64,000 nt of DNA from an uncultured bacterium. Lineage in GTDB: Bacteria > UBA8481. Below the pieces are notes generated by a model. The model was not told the origin of the DNA, did no database searches, and was given only the letters and a program-made list of their open reading frames with translations. The stretch is from assembly GCA_964499705.1 (NCBI GenBank), contig CAZCME010000002.1:1-64000 (forward strand), read 5' to 3'. How positions within the stretch are numbered: position 1 is the first letter of the stretch; the number at the start of each line of letters is the position of its first letter. Shown in pieces: positions 1-10,724 of the stretch. Position numbers and translations under genes: made by a program.

Positions 1-1
1 C

Positions 2-1495
2 GTCCGCCACGCGACGTCGGACTGGATGGAACTCGAGAAGCAGCGCGGCATCTCCATCAGCTCGACTGTTCTTCAGTTCGATTACTCCGGATTCAAGATC
101 AACCTCCTCGATACCCCCGGCCCCCGCGATTTTTCGGCAGATACCTACCGGGTGCTCACCGCGGTCGACGCGGCGATCATGGTCATCGACGCGGGCAAGG
201 GCATCGAGGCCCAGACCAGGAAACTCTTCGAGGTCTGTCGCCGGCGCGGCATTCCCATCTTCACCTTCATCAATAAACTGGACCGGCCCGCCCGCGAGCC
301 GCTAGAGCTCCTGGACGAGCTCGAAAAAGTTCTCGGGCTCGATCCCTTCCCGATGAACTGGCCCCTCGGGTCCGGCCCCGGGTTTCGCGGTGTCTACGAC
401 CGCCTGACGAAGCAGGTGCATCTCTTCGAGCGGACCGCGGGCGGCGCGTTCAAGGCGCCGCAGGCCGTTCTCGATCCCGCGGATCCGCTTATCAGGGAAC
501 GACTTCTTCCGGAGGATTTCCGCCGGTTCTCCGAGGAGGTCGAGATCCTCGACATCGTCGGGACGCAATTCGACAGGGAGATGGTCCTGGCGGGGGAGAC
601 GACGCCGGTTTACTTCGGCAGCGCGGTGAATAATTTCGGCGTCCAGCTTCTCCTGGACGGATTTCTCGACCTCTCGCCGCCGCCCGTCGCGCGCCGCTCG
701 AAATCATGCATTGTCCCGACGGACCAGGCCGGCTTCTCCGCGTTCATCTTCAAGATCCAGGCGAACATGGATCCGCGCCACCGTGACAGGATCGCCTTCG
801 CACGCGTCTGTTCCGGGAAGTTCGAGCGCGACATGACCGTGTATCATTCGAGCTCGGGCAAGAAAGTCCGCCTCACCTATTCGCACAAGCTCTTCGGCCA
901 GGAGCGCGAGATCGTCAACGAAGCCTGGCCGGGCGACATCGTCGGCCTCGTCGGTCACTCCGAGTTCCAGATCGGAGACACGCTCGCGGAGGATCCGGAC
1001 ATCCGCTTCGACGAGATCCCGCGATTTCCCCCGGAATGCTTCACGGTCCTCCAGAACGCCAATCCCGCGCAGTTCAAGCCGTTCCGAAAAGGGCTGGAGC
1101 AGCTCATCAAGGAAGGACTGGTGCAGCCGTTCTATCTGTCCAATACGCCTCACTCCGCCAGCCACCTGGCCGCCGTCGGCCCGCTCCAGTTCGAGGTGCT
1201 GCAGTACCGCCTGAGGGCGGAGTATGGCGTCGATGCGCGCCTGGAGCCGGCGCCGTGGCTTGTGGTGAAGTGGCTGGACGAGGAGGGCCACGAGCGGCTG
1301 AAGAGCGATGCGGGATACATGCCCGCGGATGTGCGGATCGGCGAAGACGCGGATGCCCGGCCGGTGATCTTTTTCCCGAGCGAATGGGTGCTGCGATTCT
1401 TCATGGAGAAGAATTCCGGAGTGATGCTGTATGAATTACCGCCCGGCGCCGGCGAAAGAGAACCCGCTCAGGCCGCCTCGAACGGCGGCTCGTAG
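2..1495 (+). CDS. prfC: Peptide chain release factor 3 (5'-partial, runs off the window start)
   Basis: Frame open from position 2 (VRHATSDWMELEKQRGISI); NKLD G4 motif; FIFKIQANMDPRHRDRIAF and AVGPLQFEV are RF3 signatures. Confidence 0.96.
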   Translation, partial: VRHATSDWMELEKQRGISISSTVLQFDYSGFKINLLDTPGPRDFSADTYRVLTAVDAAIMVIDAGKGIEAQTRKLFEVCRRRGIPIFTFINKLDRPAREPLELLDELEKVLGLDPFPMNWPLGSGPGFRGVYDRLTKQVHLFERTAGGAFKAPQAVLDPADPLIRERLLPEDFRRFSEEVEILDIVGTQFDREMVLAGETTPVYFGSAVNNFGVQLLLDGFLDLSPPPVARRSKSCIVPTDQAGFSAFIFKIQANMDPRHRDRIAFARVCSGKFERDMTVYHSSSGKKVRLTYSHKLFGQEREIVNEAWPGDIVGLVGHSEFQIGDTLAEDPDIRFDEIPRFPPECFTVLQNANPAQFKPFRKGLEQLIKEGLVQPFYLSNTPHSASHLAAVGPLQFEVLQYRLRAEYGVDARLEPAPWLVVKWLDEEGHERLKSDAGYMPADVRIGEDADARPVIFFPSEWVLRFFMEKNSGVMLYELPPGAGEREPAQAASNGGS

Positions 1496-2181
1496 ACCGT
1501 AACGCGCCAGGTTTCGTTTCTGCCGGCCTCGATCCACTCCTGCATGGCGGGCAGAGCCAGCATCGTCTTTCCATATTCGCCCGCCCTGCCCGGCAGCTCG
1601 ACCCCGTAAGCCCTGAAACGGATGGCGACAGGAGCGAACATCGCGTCGGCGATCGTGAAATGTCCGAAGAGAAACGGTCCGCTTTGACTGTGCGCCTCTC
1701 GGCACTTTGTCCAGATCGCCTCGATCCGCGCGATGTCGCGATCGACGTCCTTATTCCGGGATTTGTCCGTCATGGAGATCGCGACGTTGCAGGGCATGTT
1801 GGACCGGAGCGCGGTGAAGCCGGCGTGCATCTCGCAGGCGATCGACCGTGCTTCCGCGCGCTTGCCGGGATCGGCGGGCCGGAGAAGCCGGTCCGGAAAG
1901 AGGTCAGCGAGATATTCGCAGATGGCCAGGGACTCCCACACGATGACGTTTCCGTGATGCAGCGTCGGTACACGCCCCGAAGGGCAATTCCGGCGCTTCA
2001 GATCTTCGGCCTCGGGAGTTCTCAGCGGCACGAGGATTTCCTCGAAGGCGACGCCCAGGCGTTTCAGCAGAAGCCAGGGCCGGAGGGACCACGAAGAATA
2101 CCGCTTGTTGCCGATGACGAGGAGGAAGGACGCTGAATCTCCGCGAATATTAATGCTCCTCTCCGGGCGCCTGGAAATCAC
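1468..2181 (-). CDS. Glutathione S-transferase family protein
   Basis: IGNKRYSSWSLRPW, GRVP, WESLAICEYL and FTIADAMFAPV motifs; GTG start overlaps the upstream stop (GTGA); start uncertain. Confidence 0.9.
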   Translation of the reverse strand: MISRRPERSINIRGDSASFLLVIGNKRYSSWSLRPWLLLKRLGVAFEEILVPLRTPEAEDLKRRNCPSGRVPTLHHGNVIVWESLAICEYLADLFPDRLLRPADPGKRAEARSIACEMHAGFTALRSNMPCNVAISMTDKSRNKDVDRDIARIEAIWTKCREAHSQSGPFLFGHFTIADAMFAPVAIRFRAYGVELPGRAGEYGKTMLALPAMQEWIEAGRNETWRVTVYEPPFEAA

Positions 2182-3479
2182 CGGAAGAAAACCAGCGTCA
2201 CAACCGCGAAAATGGGAAGGAGTACGAGGCAGGAATAGAGCATGTAGCCGAAGAACGACGGCATCCTGATTCCGGATTCCTCGCAGACGGCCTTCACCAT
2301 GAAATTGGGAGCGTTTCCGATGTAGGAATTGGCGCCCATGAAGACCGCGCCGGCCGATACGGCGGAGAGAAAGAGCGAATGCTCGGGATGCGCGGCGAGC
2401 GCCGCGAGATCGCTGACGCCCAGGGAACCGAGCGCCGTCGTGGCGAAGGTGAGATACGTCGGCGCGTTGTCCAGGAAGGATGACAGTGCGCCCGTGACCC
2501 AGAAGAACTGCCAGGGTTGCGTGATCCCGAGTTCACCGCCCCGGGCCTTCAGGATCTCCAGCGCGGGGATCATCGCGGCGAAGATTCCCGCGAAGAGAAT
2601 GGCGACTTCGTTGATGGGGCCGAATGTGAACTTGTTGGACGATCGGGGGCCTGAGGGCCCGAGTTCCAAGGACGCCGCCAGCATCGCGAGCATCGCGATT
2701 TCACGCCAGGGCATTCCGAAGTGCGCTTCGAGGCCTTGCGGAGTTTCCACCTCGTGAATCGCGCCCGGCAGGAAGACCGCGCCGAGGATTCCCGCGAGGA
2801 AGAGGATGTTGATCTTGCCGCACAGCCGGGTCGGGACGTAGTCTGCCACGTCCAGCGCGGAGGAATCCTTCGTCTCTTTGGAATAGGCGCGCTGCTCGAT
2901 CACGAAGAAGACCGCGAAGATGAGTCCGAGGCAGAGGAGCCAGGGGCCGAAGAGCCGGAGTGTCCAGAAGAAGGGCACGCCGCGGAGAAATCCGAGGAAC
3001 AGGGGAGGGTCGCCCAGCGGGGTGAGGAGCCCGGCGCAATTGGAGACGATGAAGATGAAGAAGACGAAGATGTGGAGCGTATGCTTGCGTTCTGAGTTGG
3101 CGCGTATGAGGGGGCGAATGAGGATCATCGAAGCGCCGGTTGTGCCGACGAGATTCGCGAGAATGGCTCCGATGCCGAGGAACGCCATGTTCGTGGCGGG
3201 CGTGCCGAGAAGATTGCCGGTGACGTAGATTCCTCCGGCGGCGGTGAAGAGCGCGGCAAGGAGAACGATGAAGGAGACGTATTCGACGCCGGTGTGCAGG
3301 AGCAGTTGGTGATCCTTCATGCCGATGTAGACGGCCACGGGAGCGCTGATGAGGGCCGTCACGATCGCCTTGTTCCTGTTGTGCTCCCACCAGTGCCCGC
3401 ACGCGAGCGGCATGATCGCGATGGCCAGGAGGAGCGCGACGAACGGGAATGTCGTCGCTATGGAAAGTTCGTGACCCAT
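2178..3479 (-). CDS. Ion-transporter superfamily membrane protein (putative Na+/H+ antiporter or citrate transporter)
   Basis: Many TM segments; GTTGASM, LTPLGDPPLFLGFL, LSSFLDNAPTYL and YIGNAPNFMV repeats of the IT superfamily. Confidence 0.8.
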   Translation of the reverse strand: MGHELSIATTFPFVALLLAIAIMPLACGHWWEHNRNKAIVTALISAPVAVYIGMKDHQLLLHTGVEYVSFIVLLAALFTAAGGIYVTGNLLGTPATNMAFLGIGAILANLVGTTGASMILIRPLIRANSERKHTLHIFVFFIFIVSNCAGLLTPLGDPPLFLGFLRGVPFFWTLRLFGPWLLCLGLIFAVFFVIEQRAYSKETKDSSALDVADYVPTRLCGKINILFLAGILGAVFLPGAIHEVETPQGLEAHFGMPWREIAMLAMLAASLELGPSGPRSSNKFTFGPINEVAILFAGIFAAMIPALEILKARGGELGITQPWQFFWVTGALSSFLDNAPTYLTFATTALGSLGVSDLAALAAHPEHSLFLSAVSAGAVFMGANSYIGNAPNFMVKAVCEESGIRMPSFFGYMLYSCLVLLPIFAVVTLVFFR

Positions 3480-3581
3480 TTTTTCCTATCATCTTTCGAT
3501 TGCTGAATGATCCGGCGAAAACTACGATCATGCACATGAACTGTCAATCTCTCGATCGGTCCAGGAAAGTATATTCTGTAA

Positions 3582-3602
3582 TTCATCCTTCATCCTTCAT
3601 CC
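3582..3602. repeat. Heptamer tandem repeat (TTCATCC)x3 in a divergent intergenic region
   Basis: Exact copies at 3582, 3589, 3596; small hairpin CCTCCA-TGGA-TGGAGG follows at 3605-3620. Confidence 0.75.
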
Positions 3603-3675
3603 GACCTCCATGGATGGAGGAAGTGCCGCAGAGCGACAGGGATGTCTCGAACGGCCCTCATCCTTGGTTTTATTC

Positions 3676-4746
3676 ATGGAGATAGGCATCGTCGGGCTCC
3701 CGAATGTCGGCAAGTCCACGCTCTTCAACGCCATCACGGCGGCGGGGATTCCGGCGGAAAATTTCCCGTTCTGCACGATCGAGCCCAATGTCGGCGTGGC
3801 GACCGTCATCGATGCGCGCCTGGACAGGCTGGCGGCTATTTTCGAATCGGAGAAGATCGTTCCGGCGTCGGTACGTTTCATCGACATCGCCGGCATCGTC
3901 AAGGATGCTCACAAGGGCGAAGGGCTCGGGAACAAGTTCCTCTCGCACATCCGTGAAGTCGACGCGATCTGCCACGTCGTCAGGTGCTTTGAAGATCCGA
4001 ATGTCATCCATGTGGACGGAACGGTGAACCCGGGCCGCGACATCGAGGTGATCGAGTACGAGCTCGTGCTGGCCGATATCGAGACTGTTCAGCGGAGGTA
4101 CGGGCGAAGCGAAAAAGCGTCCAAGGGAGATCCGACCCTGAAGCCGGAGGTGGAATTCCTGAGGGCGCTCGAAGAACATCTCGCCGCCGGCAAGGCCGCC
4201 CGCTCGCACCCTGTTCCTGACGACATGAAATCGGTCATGCGAGAGCTGTGTCTTCTCTCCGCCAAGCCCGCGCTCTTCTGCGCCAACGTCGCGGAGAGCG
4301 ATCTGCCGGACGGCAACGCCGCGGTCGCTTTGCTCCGGGAGCATGGCGAAACGGTCGTCGTCTCCGCGGCGATCGAAGCGGAGATCGCGACGCTGGCGGG
4401 CGATGAGCGCGCGGAATTCCTGAGCTCCATCGGCCTGGAGCGTTCCGGGCTGGAACGCCTCGTATCGGCCGCCTACAGGTTGCTGGGGCTCGAGACCTAC
4501 CTGACCGCCGGTCCCAAGGAAGCGCGCGCCTGGACGTATCACCGCGGCATGCGAGCCCCTGCCGCCGCCGGCGTCATCCACAGCGATTTCGAGCGAGGCT
4601 TCATCCGCGCCGAAGTCGTCTCCTACGCGGATCTCGATCAGCTCGGCTCGATGGCGAAGGTGCGAGAAGTGGGCAAGCTCCGATCCGAAGGCAAGGAATA
4701 TGTCATGCAGGACGGAGACGTGGTGGTCTTCAAGTTCAACGTTTAA
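3676..4746 (+). CDS. ychF: Redox-regulated ATPase YchF
   Basis: [41 protein letters not shown] and C-terminal TGS domain; start set at ATG 3676. Confidence 0.97.
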   Translation: MEIGIVGLPNVGKSTLFNAITAAGIPAENFPFCTIEPNVGVATVIDARLDRLAAIFESEKIVPASVRFIDIAGIVKDAHKGEGLGNKFLSHIREVDAICHVVRCFEDPNVIHVDGTVNPGRDIEVIEYELVLADIETVQRRYGRSEKASKGDPTLKPEVEFLRALEEHLAAGKAARSHPVPDDMKSVMRELCLLSAKPALFCANVAESDLPDGNAAVALLREHGETVVVSAAIEAEIATLAGDERAEFLSSIGLERSGLERLVSAAYRLLGLETYLTAGPKEARAWTYHRGMRAPAAAGVIHSDFERGFIRAEVVSYADLDQLGSMAKVREVGKLRSEGKEYVMQDGDVVVFKFNV

Positions 4747-4767
4747 TCGGTTTATTCACTCTTTTTT

Positions 4768-5760
4768 TCACCCGCCGATGCTGGCCATGACCCGCGCGCG
4801 GTTCTCCACCTGCTCCCGGAATTCCACCATCCCGCCCGGCCCTTTGGCAAAAACCGCTTTCTGAAAGACTGCCGCTATCTCCTCGTCCGATCCGGCGCGC
4901 GCTGGTGTGCGGAGATCGAAGCCGTCGCGACCGAAGAGGCAGTTGAAGAGCTGGCCGTCTGAGCGGAGCCGGAGCCGGTCGCAGGCGCCGCAGAAGAGAT
5001 TCGTGACGGGCTCGATGAGGCCGAATCCGCCGGCGTCCTTGAACCGGAATCGGCGTGCGGGCGCTGACGGCCTGGAGCGGGGGATCTCCTCGTAGCTCTC
5101 CTCGCCGAAATCGCGCACGATGATCTCCTCGATCTCGGCGCCGGAAAGAACCAGCGCCTCGTTCCACTCCACATCCTCGAACGGCATCAGCTCGATGAAG
5201 CGGATCGGAATATTCGTCTCGCGCGAGAACCGGATGAGCGGAACGATCTCGTTCTCCGTACGACCCCTGACCGCGACGCAGTTCATCTCGATCGTGAGCG
5301 AATCATATTGTCGCGCGGCCTCGATGGCATCGAGGACGGTCTGCAGAGAATCCACGCCGGTCATCTCCTCGAAGATCTCCCGGTGGATCGAATCGAGCGA
5401 AATGGAGAGGTGCGTGAGACCCGCGCGCACGAGAAAGTCGATCCTGTCCTTGAGGAGCAGACCGTTCGTGGTGAGCGACACGGATGCGACGCCCTCGATG
5501 CCTCGCGTCATGGCGATCAGCTGATCGAGCCCGCGTCGCAGGAGCGGTTCGCCGCCGGTGTAGCGGATGCGCGTGATCCCGAGAGACGCTCCGACCCGGG
5601 CGATCCGCGCGATTTCCTCGAAGGTGAGGATCTCGGCCCGCGGCAGGGGCGGCGGCGCTCCATGCGGGAGGCAATAACGGCAGCGCATCTGGCAGCGGTC
5701 GGTGACGGAGATGCGGAGCGTTCTGTGGGGGCGCCGATAGGTATCGACAAGCGAGGACAT
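4768..5760 (-). CDS. moaA: GTP 3',8-cyclase MoaA
   Basis: LRISVTDRCQMRCRYC radical-SAM motif, TGGEPL, FCGACDRLR...NCLF, C-terminal MASIGG. Confidence 0.96.
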   Translation of the reverse strand: MSSLVDTYRRPHRTLRISVTDRCQMRCRYCLPHGAPPPLPRAEILTFEEIARIARVGASLGITRIRYTGGEPLLRRGLDQLIAMTRGIEGVASVSLTTNGLLLKDRIDFLVRAGLTHLSISLDSIHREIFEEMTGVDSLQTVLDAIEAARQYDSLTIEMNCVAVRGRTENEIVPLIRFSRETNIPIRFIELMPFEDVEWNEALVLSGAEIEEIIVRDFGEESYEEIPRSRPSAPARRFRFKDAGGFGLIEPVTNLFCGACDRLRLRSDGQLFNCLFGRDGFDLRTPARAGSDEEIAAVFQKAVFAKGPGGMVEFREQVENRARVMASIGG

Positions 5761-5766
5761 AGGCGT

Positions 5767-5795
5767 ATTATATGCTCCGTTTTACGGGCTGTCAG
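5767..5795 (-). promoter_or_regulatory. Sigma70-type promoter of moaA, leaderless geometry
   Basis: Minus strand CTGACA-17 nt-TATAAT-6 nt-ATG; no SD. Confidence 0.7.
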
Positions 5796-5850
5796 CGAGC
5801 ACCATCCGGCTTCCGGTAAAATAATTTCAAAGGAGCGATCAGCTTCCACC

Positions 5851-6729
5851 ATGCCCAGAATCGGTATCGATATTGGCGGCACCAACCTGAAGGCAGGGCT
5901 TGTCGACGATGACGGCAAGGTCCTGGCGCGTCGCGAGACACCCACGCCGGCGGATGAGCCGCCCGAGCAGGCGGTCGCCACGATGGTGGGATTCATCAGG
6001 GAACTCGGCGCTCCATCCATGGTCGGCATCGGAGCGCCCGGTCTCGTCGACAGTAAGAACGGCGTCGTTCGCACATCTCCGAATCTTCCCCAGTGGGAAA
6101 ATGTCAGGCTCGCCGCGATGCTCGAAAAGGAAGTCGGCGTTCCCGTCAAGCTCGCCAACGACGTGAACGCGATCGCCTGGGGAGAATTTCTCTTCGGGGC
6201 CGGCCGCGGCTGCCGCGACATTCTTGTCATCACGCTCGGCACCGGCCTCGGCGGCGCCCTGATCCTGGATGGCAAATTGCATATCGGAAAGGACCAGACC
6301 GCCGGCGAGATCGGCCACGTGACGCTCATTCCCGACGGCTATAAATGCCCCTGCGGAAACACGGGATGCCTCGAACAATATGTCGCCAAGAACGGGATCG
6401 TCCGCCGCGCGAAAACGCTCCGGAAGGATCTCGTCGATCCGACTCCCGAGACGATCGCGCAGGCCGCCGCGCGCGGCGAAGAGTGGGCCCGATCCGTCTA
6501 CGAAGGCGTGGGAATCAACCTGGGCCAGATCATCGCCGGCATGATCCAGATCCTCAATCTGGAAAAGGTGATCGTGGGTGGCAAGATCGCCAATGCCGGA
6601 GAAGTTCTCTTCGGCCCCCTGCGCGCGCACGCCGCGGAGCGGATCTATCCGCTTCTCCGGGAGACCTACACGATCGAAAAGGTAGCTCTGGGTCCGGATT
6701 CAGGAATTATCGGAGCGGCGTTCTTATAA
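5851..6729 (+). CDS. ROK family sugar kinase (glucokinase-like)
   Basis: IGIDIGGT, NDVNA, LGTGLGG, GEIGH, CPCGNTGCLE; start set at ATG 5851. Confidence 0.92.
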   Translation: MPRIGIDIGGTNLKAGLVDDDGKVLARRETPTPADEPPEQAVATMVGFIRELGAPSMVGIGAPGLVDSKNGVVRTSPNLPQWENVRLAAMLEKEVGVPVKLANDVNAIAWGEFLFGAGRGCRDILVITLGTGLGGALILDGKLHIGKDQTAGEIGHVTLIPDGYKCPCGNTGCLEQYVAKNGIVRRAKTLRKDLVDPTPETIAQAAARGEEWARSVYEGVGINLGQIIAGMIQILNLEKVIVGGKIANAGEVLFGPLRAHAAERIYPLLRETYTIEKVALGPDSGIIGAAFL

Positions 6730-6737
6730 AGGTAAAG

Positions 6738-6846
6738 GGGGACATTCTCCAACATTCCAACATTGGAGATACTTGAGTTTCAGCTTGCCGCTTTCAAAAT
6801 GAGGAAGTTCTTTATTCTCAATGTTGGAATGTTGGAGAATGTCCCC
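6738..6846. repeat. Family-1 palindromic element (MITE/REP-like), copy 1
   Basis: Perfect 28-bp inverted repeat GGGGACATTCTCCAACATTCCAACATTG at 6738-6765 and 6819-6846 around an AT-rich core; homologous copies at 13480 and 45448. Confidence 0.95.
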
Positions 6847-7629
6847 TCAATACCCGATGATCTCATGTCCGCCGTCCACGAAGATGACGCGGCCGGTGAT
6901 TCCCGTGCCCTTGGCGGAGAGGATGAACGCGGTCGTCGCTCCCACTTCCTCGATCGTGATCGGCCGCCCCAGCGGAGAACGTTCCACGAAGAGCCGGTGC
7001 ATCTCGCCGAAGCCGGAGATGCCCTTGGCGGCGAGCGTCTTGATGGGGCCGGGGGATACGACGTTGACGCGGATGCCGCGACGTCCCAGTTCCACGGCGA
7101 GATACTTGGCGCTCATTTCCAAGGCGGCTTTCGCGACGCCCATGACGTTGTAATTCGGCACGACTCTCTGGCCGCCCAGGTAGGACATCGTGACAGCCGC
7201 GCCCTTGCGCTTCTCCAGGAGAGGAAGCACGGCATTCACCATCGCCACGAAGGACCACGCCGATATTTCGTTTGCCACCTTCCAGCCTTCGCGGGACGTC
7301 TTGACGAATTCGCCGCCAAGATCCTCCCGGTTGGCGAAGGCGATGGAGTGAACGCAGCCGTCCAGACCGTCCCACTTCTCCGCCAGGGCTTTGCCGAGGT
7401 TCACGAAATCCTCGTCGCGGGAGACGTTGAAGGGAAGCATGAAGGCTTTCGGCAGTGTCGCCGCGAGTTCCTCGACTTTTTCCTGGAGCCGCTCATCGGC
7501 GTACGTCAGGCAGAGCTCGTATCCCTCGTCCGCCAGGGCCTGCGCGACGCCCCAGGCGATGGAGTATTTATTCGCGACGCCGGCGATGACGGCTGTGCGT
7601 GGTTTTCCTTGCTCAGGTGATTCGGTCAT
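6847..7629 (-). CDS. fabI: Enoyl-ACP reductase FabI
   Basis: GVANKYSIAWG, HSIAFA, YNVMGVAKAALE, GPIKTLAA, VDGG; GGAGG SD before ATG 7629. Confidence 0.95.
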   Translation of the reverse strand: MTESPEQGKPRTAVIAGVANKYSIAWGVAQALADEGYELCLTYADERLQEKVEELAATLPKAFMLPFNVSRDEDFVNLGKALAEKWDGLDGCVHSIAFANREDLGGEFVKTSREGWKVANEISAWSFVAMVNAVLPLLEKRKGAAVTMSYLGGQRVVPNYNVMGVAKAALEMSAKYLAVELGRRGIRVNVVSPGPIKTLAAKGISGFGEMHRLFVERSPLGRPITIEEVGATTAFILSAKGTGITGRVIFVDGGHEIIGY

Positions 7630-7703
7630 GGTGCCTCCGGTAACATCGCGCACTTTTATCATCTATCGGGCCGGGCATAAAGAAAAATGTGGATCTCCAG
7701 AAA

Positions 7704-7864
7704 TTCCCCATCGAAAAAATATTAACAGGATGAACAGGATAGCAGGATCGATTCCGTGTGGAATGGAATGCAATGCAGCCCCGTTATCGGGGCTAGGTTT
7801 TCAGTCCTCTCAAATCCTGCCCATCCTGCCTATCTTGTCAAATTTCCCCCCATCGGATGGGGAA
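7704..7864. repeat. Family-2 palindromic element (CAGGAT/ATCCTG arrays), copy A
   Basis: Ends TTCCCCATC / GATGGGGAA; inner arms AACAGGATGAACAGGATAGCAGGAT and ATCCTGCCCATCCTGCCTATCTTGT; second copy at 18313-18520. Confidence 0.85.
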
Positions 7865-7922
7865 CCTCATGAAATCTTCTGCATGCTGACAGAAGCCCGC
7901 GGAGCCTGTAATGTGTTGCGCC

Positions 7923-9485
7923 ATGACAAAGGTCGCCAAATCCCGCAAACAGGAATTTCAAACGATCTCGGGAATTCCCATCTCCGCCCACTACGGTCCC
8001 GAGGCCGACAGGCCCGGCGACTTCCCCTTCACCCGGGGGATCCGGCCGAGCATGTACCGCGGGCAATTCTGGACGATGCGCCAGTACGCGGGGATGGGCG
8101 ACGCGGAGGAATCGAACCGGCGTTACAAGTATCTCCTTTCCGAAGGCCAGACAGGCCTTTCCATCGCGTTCGATCTCCCGACGCAGATCGGATTCGACAG
8201 CGATGATCCTCTCGCCGAGGGCGAGGTCGGCAAGGTCGGCGTCGCGACCGATTCCCTGGCGGATATGGAACTTCTCCTGGACGGCATCCCGCTGGACAAG
8301 GTCACGACTTCGATGACCATCAACGCAACGGCCTCCATCCTGCTGGCGCTGTACATCGCCGTCGGCGAGAAGCAGGGCGTGCCGCGCGCGCTGCTCGGCG
8401 GCACGACGCAGAACGACATCCTGAAGGAATACATCGCCCGCGGCACCTACGCGTTTCCCCCGAAGCCGTCGCTCCGGATCATCACCGACATGTTCGAGTT
8501 CTGCTCGAAGGAAATGCCGCGATGGAACACGATCTCCATCTCCGGCTATCACATCCGCGAGGCGGGCTCCACGGCGGTGGAGGAAGTCGCCTTCACGATC
8601 GCCGACGCGATCGCCTACGTCGACGTCGCCGTCCGGCGCGGGCTCGACGTCGACGACTTCGCCGGGCGGCTCTCGTTCTTCTTCAACTGCCACATGGATT
8701 TCTTCGAGGAGGTCGCGAAGTTCCGGGCGGCGCGGAGGATCTGGGCGAAGGTGATGCGCGACCGGTTCCACGCGAAGGATGCGCGGTCGGGACAGATGCG
8801 CTTCCACACGCAGACGGCCGGATCGTCTCTTCAGGCCGAGCAGATCGACGTCAACATCGTCCGCACCACGATCGAGGCGATGGCGGCGGTCTGCGGCGGA
8901 ACGCAGTCCCTGCACACGAATTCCCGGGATGAGGCGCTCGCGCTTCCGACGGAGGCTTCCGCGCGGATTGCCCTCCGGACGCAGCAGGTGATCGCGCATG
9001 AATCGGGCATCGCCGACGTGGTTGATCCGCTCGGCGGTTCGCATTATGTCGAGGCTCTGACGGACGAGATCGAGAACCGGGCGATGGAGCTGATCGGGAG
9101 AATCGACGGCATGGGCGGAATGCTGAAGGCGATCGAGTCGGGATTTCCCCAGCGCGCCATCCGCGATTCCGCGTTCCGATACCAGGCCGCCGTGGAGTCC
9201 GGCGACCGGAAGATCGTCGGCGTGAATTGCTTCCGGATCGAGGAACCGCCCCCCGTACTGTTCCAGCACGATCCTGCGATCGCCTCCCGCCAGAAGGAGC
9301 GCCTCTTGAAAGTGCGGAACACCCGCGATGCGTCGAGGGTTCATGCGGCGCTCCAGAGCGTGGAATCCGCCGCGCGCGGGACCGACAACCTGATGCCGGT
9401 CATTCTCGATGCGGTGAAATCCTTCGCCACGGTGGGGGAGATCGTCTCCGCGATGAAGAGAGTCTTCGGAGCATACTCCGGTTAA
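7923..9485 (+). CDS. Methylmalonyl-CoA mutase, large (substrate-binding) subunit
   Basis: [45 protein letters not shown]; no C-terminal B12-binding DxHxxG domain. Confidence 0.93.
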   Translation: MTKVAKSRKQEFQTISGIPISAHYGPEADRPGDFPFTRGIRPSMYRGQFWTMRQYAGMGDAEESNRRYKYLLSEGQTGLSIAFDLPTQIGFDSDDPLAEGEVGKVGVATDSLADMELLLDGIPLDKVTTSMTINATASILLALYIAVGEKQGVPRALLGGTTQNDILKEYIARGTYAFPPKPSLRIITDMFEFCSKEMPRWNTISISGYHIREAGSTAVEEVAFTIADAIAYVDVAVRRGLDVDDFAGRLSFFFNCHMDFFEEVAKFRAARRIWAKVMRDRFHAKDARSGQMRFHTQTAGSSLQAEQIDVNIVRTTIEAMAAVCGGTQSLHTNSRDEALALPTEASARIALRTQQVIAHESGIADVVDPLGGSHYVEALTDEIENRAMELIGRIDGMGGMLKAIESGFPQRAIRDSAFRYQAAVESGDRKIVGVNCFRIEEPPPVLFQHDPAIASRQKERLLKVRNTRDASRVHAALQSVESAARGTDNLMPVILDAVKSFATVGEIVSAMKRVFGAYSG

Positions 9486-10724
9486 ATGACTTCGCGAATC
9501 GAGGTGTCGACATTGGCGAGCGGATTGACGGTCGCCGCCGAGAAGATTCCCGGCCTTGCCTCCGTTTCATTCGCGCTCTTCATCCCTGTCGGTTCCGCGG
9601 CGGATCCGGCGGGACGATGCGGATTGACGTCGTTGGCGTCGGAGATGATCATGCGAGGCGCCTCGGACAGGGATGCCCGCGCGCTCACCGAGGCCATGGA
9701 CGGCCTGGGGATCGAGCGAAACGTCGATTACTCGCTCGAATATCTCCTGCTCTCCGGCTCCTGTCTCTCCACGCACGTGCCGCGGGCGCTCTCCCTCTTC
9801 CGCGATATTCTTCTCGCGCCGCGACTCGATCAGGAGGAACTGGCTCCTTCGATCGAGCTGTCCCTTCAGGGAATTCTCGCCGTGGAAGATACGCCCTCCG
9901 AAAAACTCTTCGTCGAGCTGGGAAAGAGATATTTGCCGCCGCCGTTCGACAAGCCGTCGAAGGGCATCGCCGGGGAGATCGAAGCGGTCACGATCGGGGA
10001 TCTGCGCGGAATCTGTTCGTATCGCTCCCCGCGCGGCATGATCCTCTCGATGGCGGGAGACATCGAGATGACCGCGGCGAATGCGATGGCGCTCGATATC
10101 TTCCGCGACTTTCCTCCGGCGCCGGATTTTCCCCGCTTTCCGATGTCGCCGACGCATCCGGAACCGGGACACGTCATGAAGGCCGACGCGCACCAGGTTC
10201 AGATCGGGATGGCGATGCCGTCTCTTCCGCTGTCGCATCCCGATTACGTCAAGTCGCTCCTGTCGGTCACCGTTCTTTCCGGCGGCATGAGCGGCAGGCT
10301 CTTCGTCGAAGTGCGCGAGAAGCGCGGCCTCGTCTATTCCGTGCGCGCCTTCTATTCCACGATGCGCGACCGCGGAGACATCTACGTCTATGCGGGGACG
10401 ACACCGGAAAAAGCCGCGGAGACGGAACGCGTCGTGCGCGGTGAACTGGAGCGGCTGACGGAGGGGATCACGGCCGAGGAACTCGCCCGCGCCCGGACTC
10501 AGCTCCGGAGCTCGGTCGTCATGAGCCAGGAATCGTCGCGCGGCCGGGCGACCACGATGGCCATGGACCTTTTCCGGCTCGGCCGCGTCCGCGAACCCGA
10601 CGACATCATCGGCGCGATCCAGCGCATTGAGCTCGATGAGATGAACGCGTTTCTCTCCCGGCTGGAACCGCGGCCGTTCGTCATGACGCTGGGACCTGCG
10701 GGCGCGGGAGTGGCGGCCGCATGA
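9486..10724 (+). CDS. M16 family peptidase, non-catalytic subunit
   Basis: M16 fold motifs without HxxEH; GGGMS-like SGGMSGRLFVEVREKRGLVY R/Y pair present. Confidence 0.88.
   Translation: MTSRIEVSTLASGLTVAAEKIPGLASVSFALFIPVGSAADPAGRCGLTSLASEMIMRGASDRDARALTEAMDGLGIERNVDYSLEYLLLSGSCLSTHVPRALSLFRDILLAPRLDQEELAPSIELSLQGILAVEDTPSEKLFVELGKRYLPPPFDKPSKGIAGEIEAVTIGDLRGICSYRSPRGMILSMAGDIEMTAANAMALDIFRDFPPAPDFPRFPMSPTHPEPGHVMKADAHQVQIGMAMPSLPLSHPDYVKSLLSVTVLSGGMSGRLFVEVREKRGLVYSVRAFYSTMRDRGDIYVYAGTTPEKAAETERVVRGELERLTEGITAEELARARTQLRSSVVMSQESSRGRATTMAMDLFRLGRVREPDDIIGAIQRIELDEMNAFLSRLEPRPFVMTLGPAGAGVAAA

Noticed and set aside
5308-5850. Long N-terminal extensions in the ORF track for the ROK kinase (also deoB from 16779, EIIB from 28589, HPr from 30368, ankyrin from 39968, lgt from 61666)
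   Set aside because: Extensions overlap other real genes; homology motifs begin at the downstream starts used here
7704-7864. Cobalamin riboswitch upstream of the B12-dependent mutase
   Set aside because: No recognisable B12-box; the same element recurs before an unrelated amidohydrolase; the predicted mutase promoter lies downstream of it
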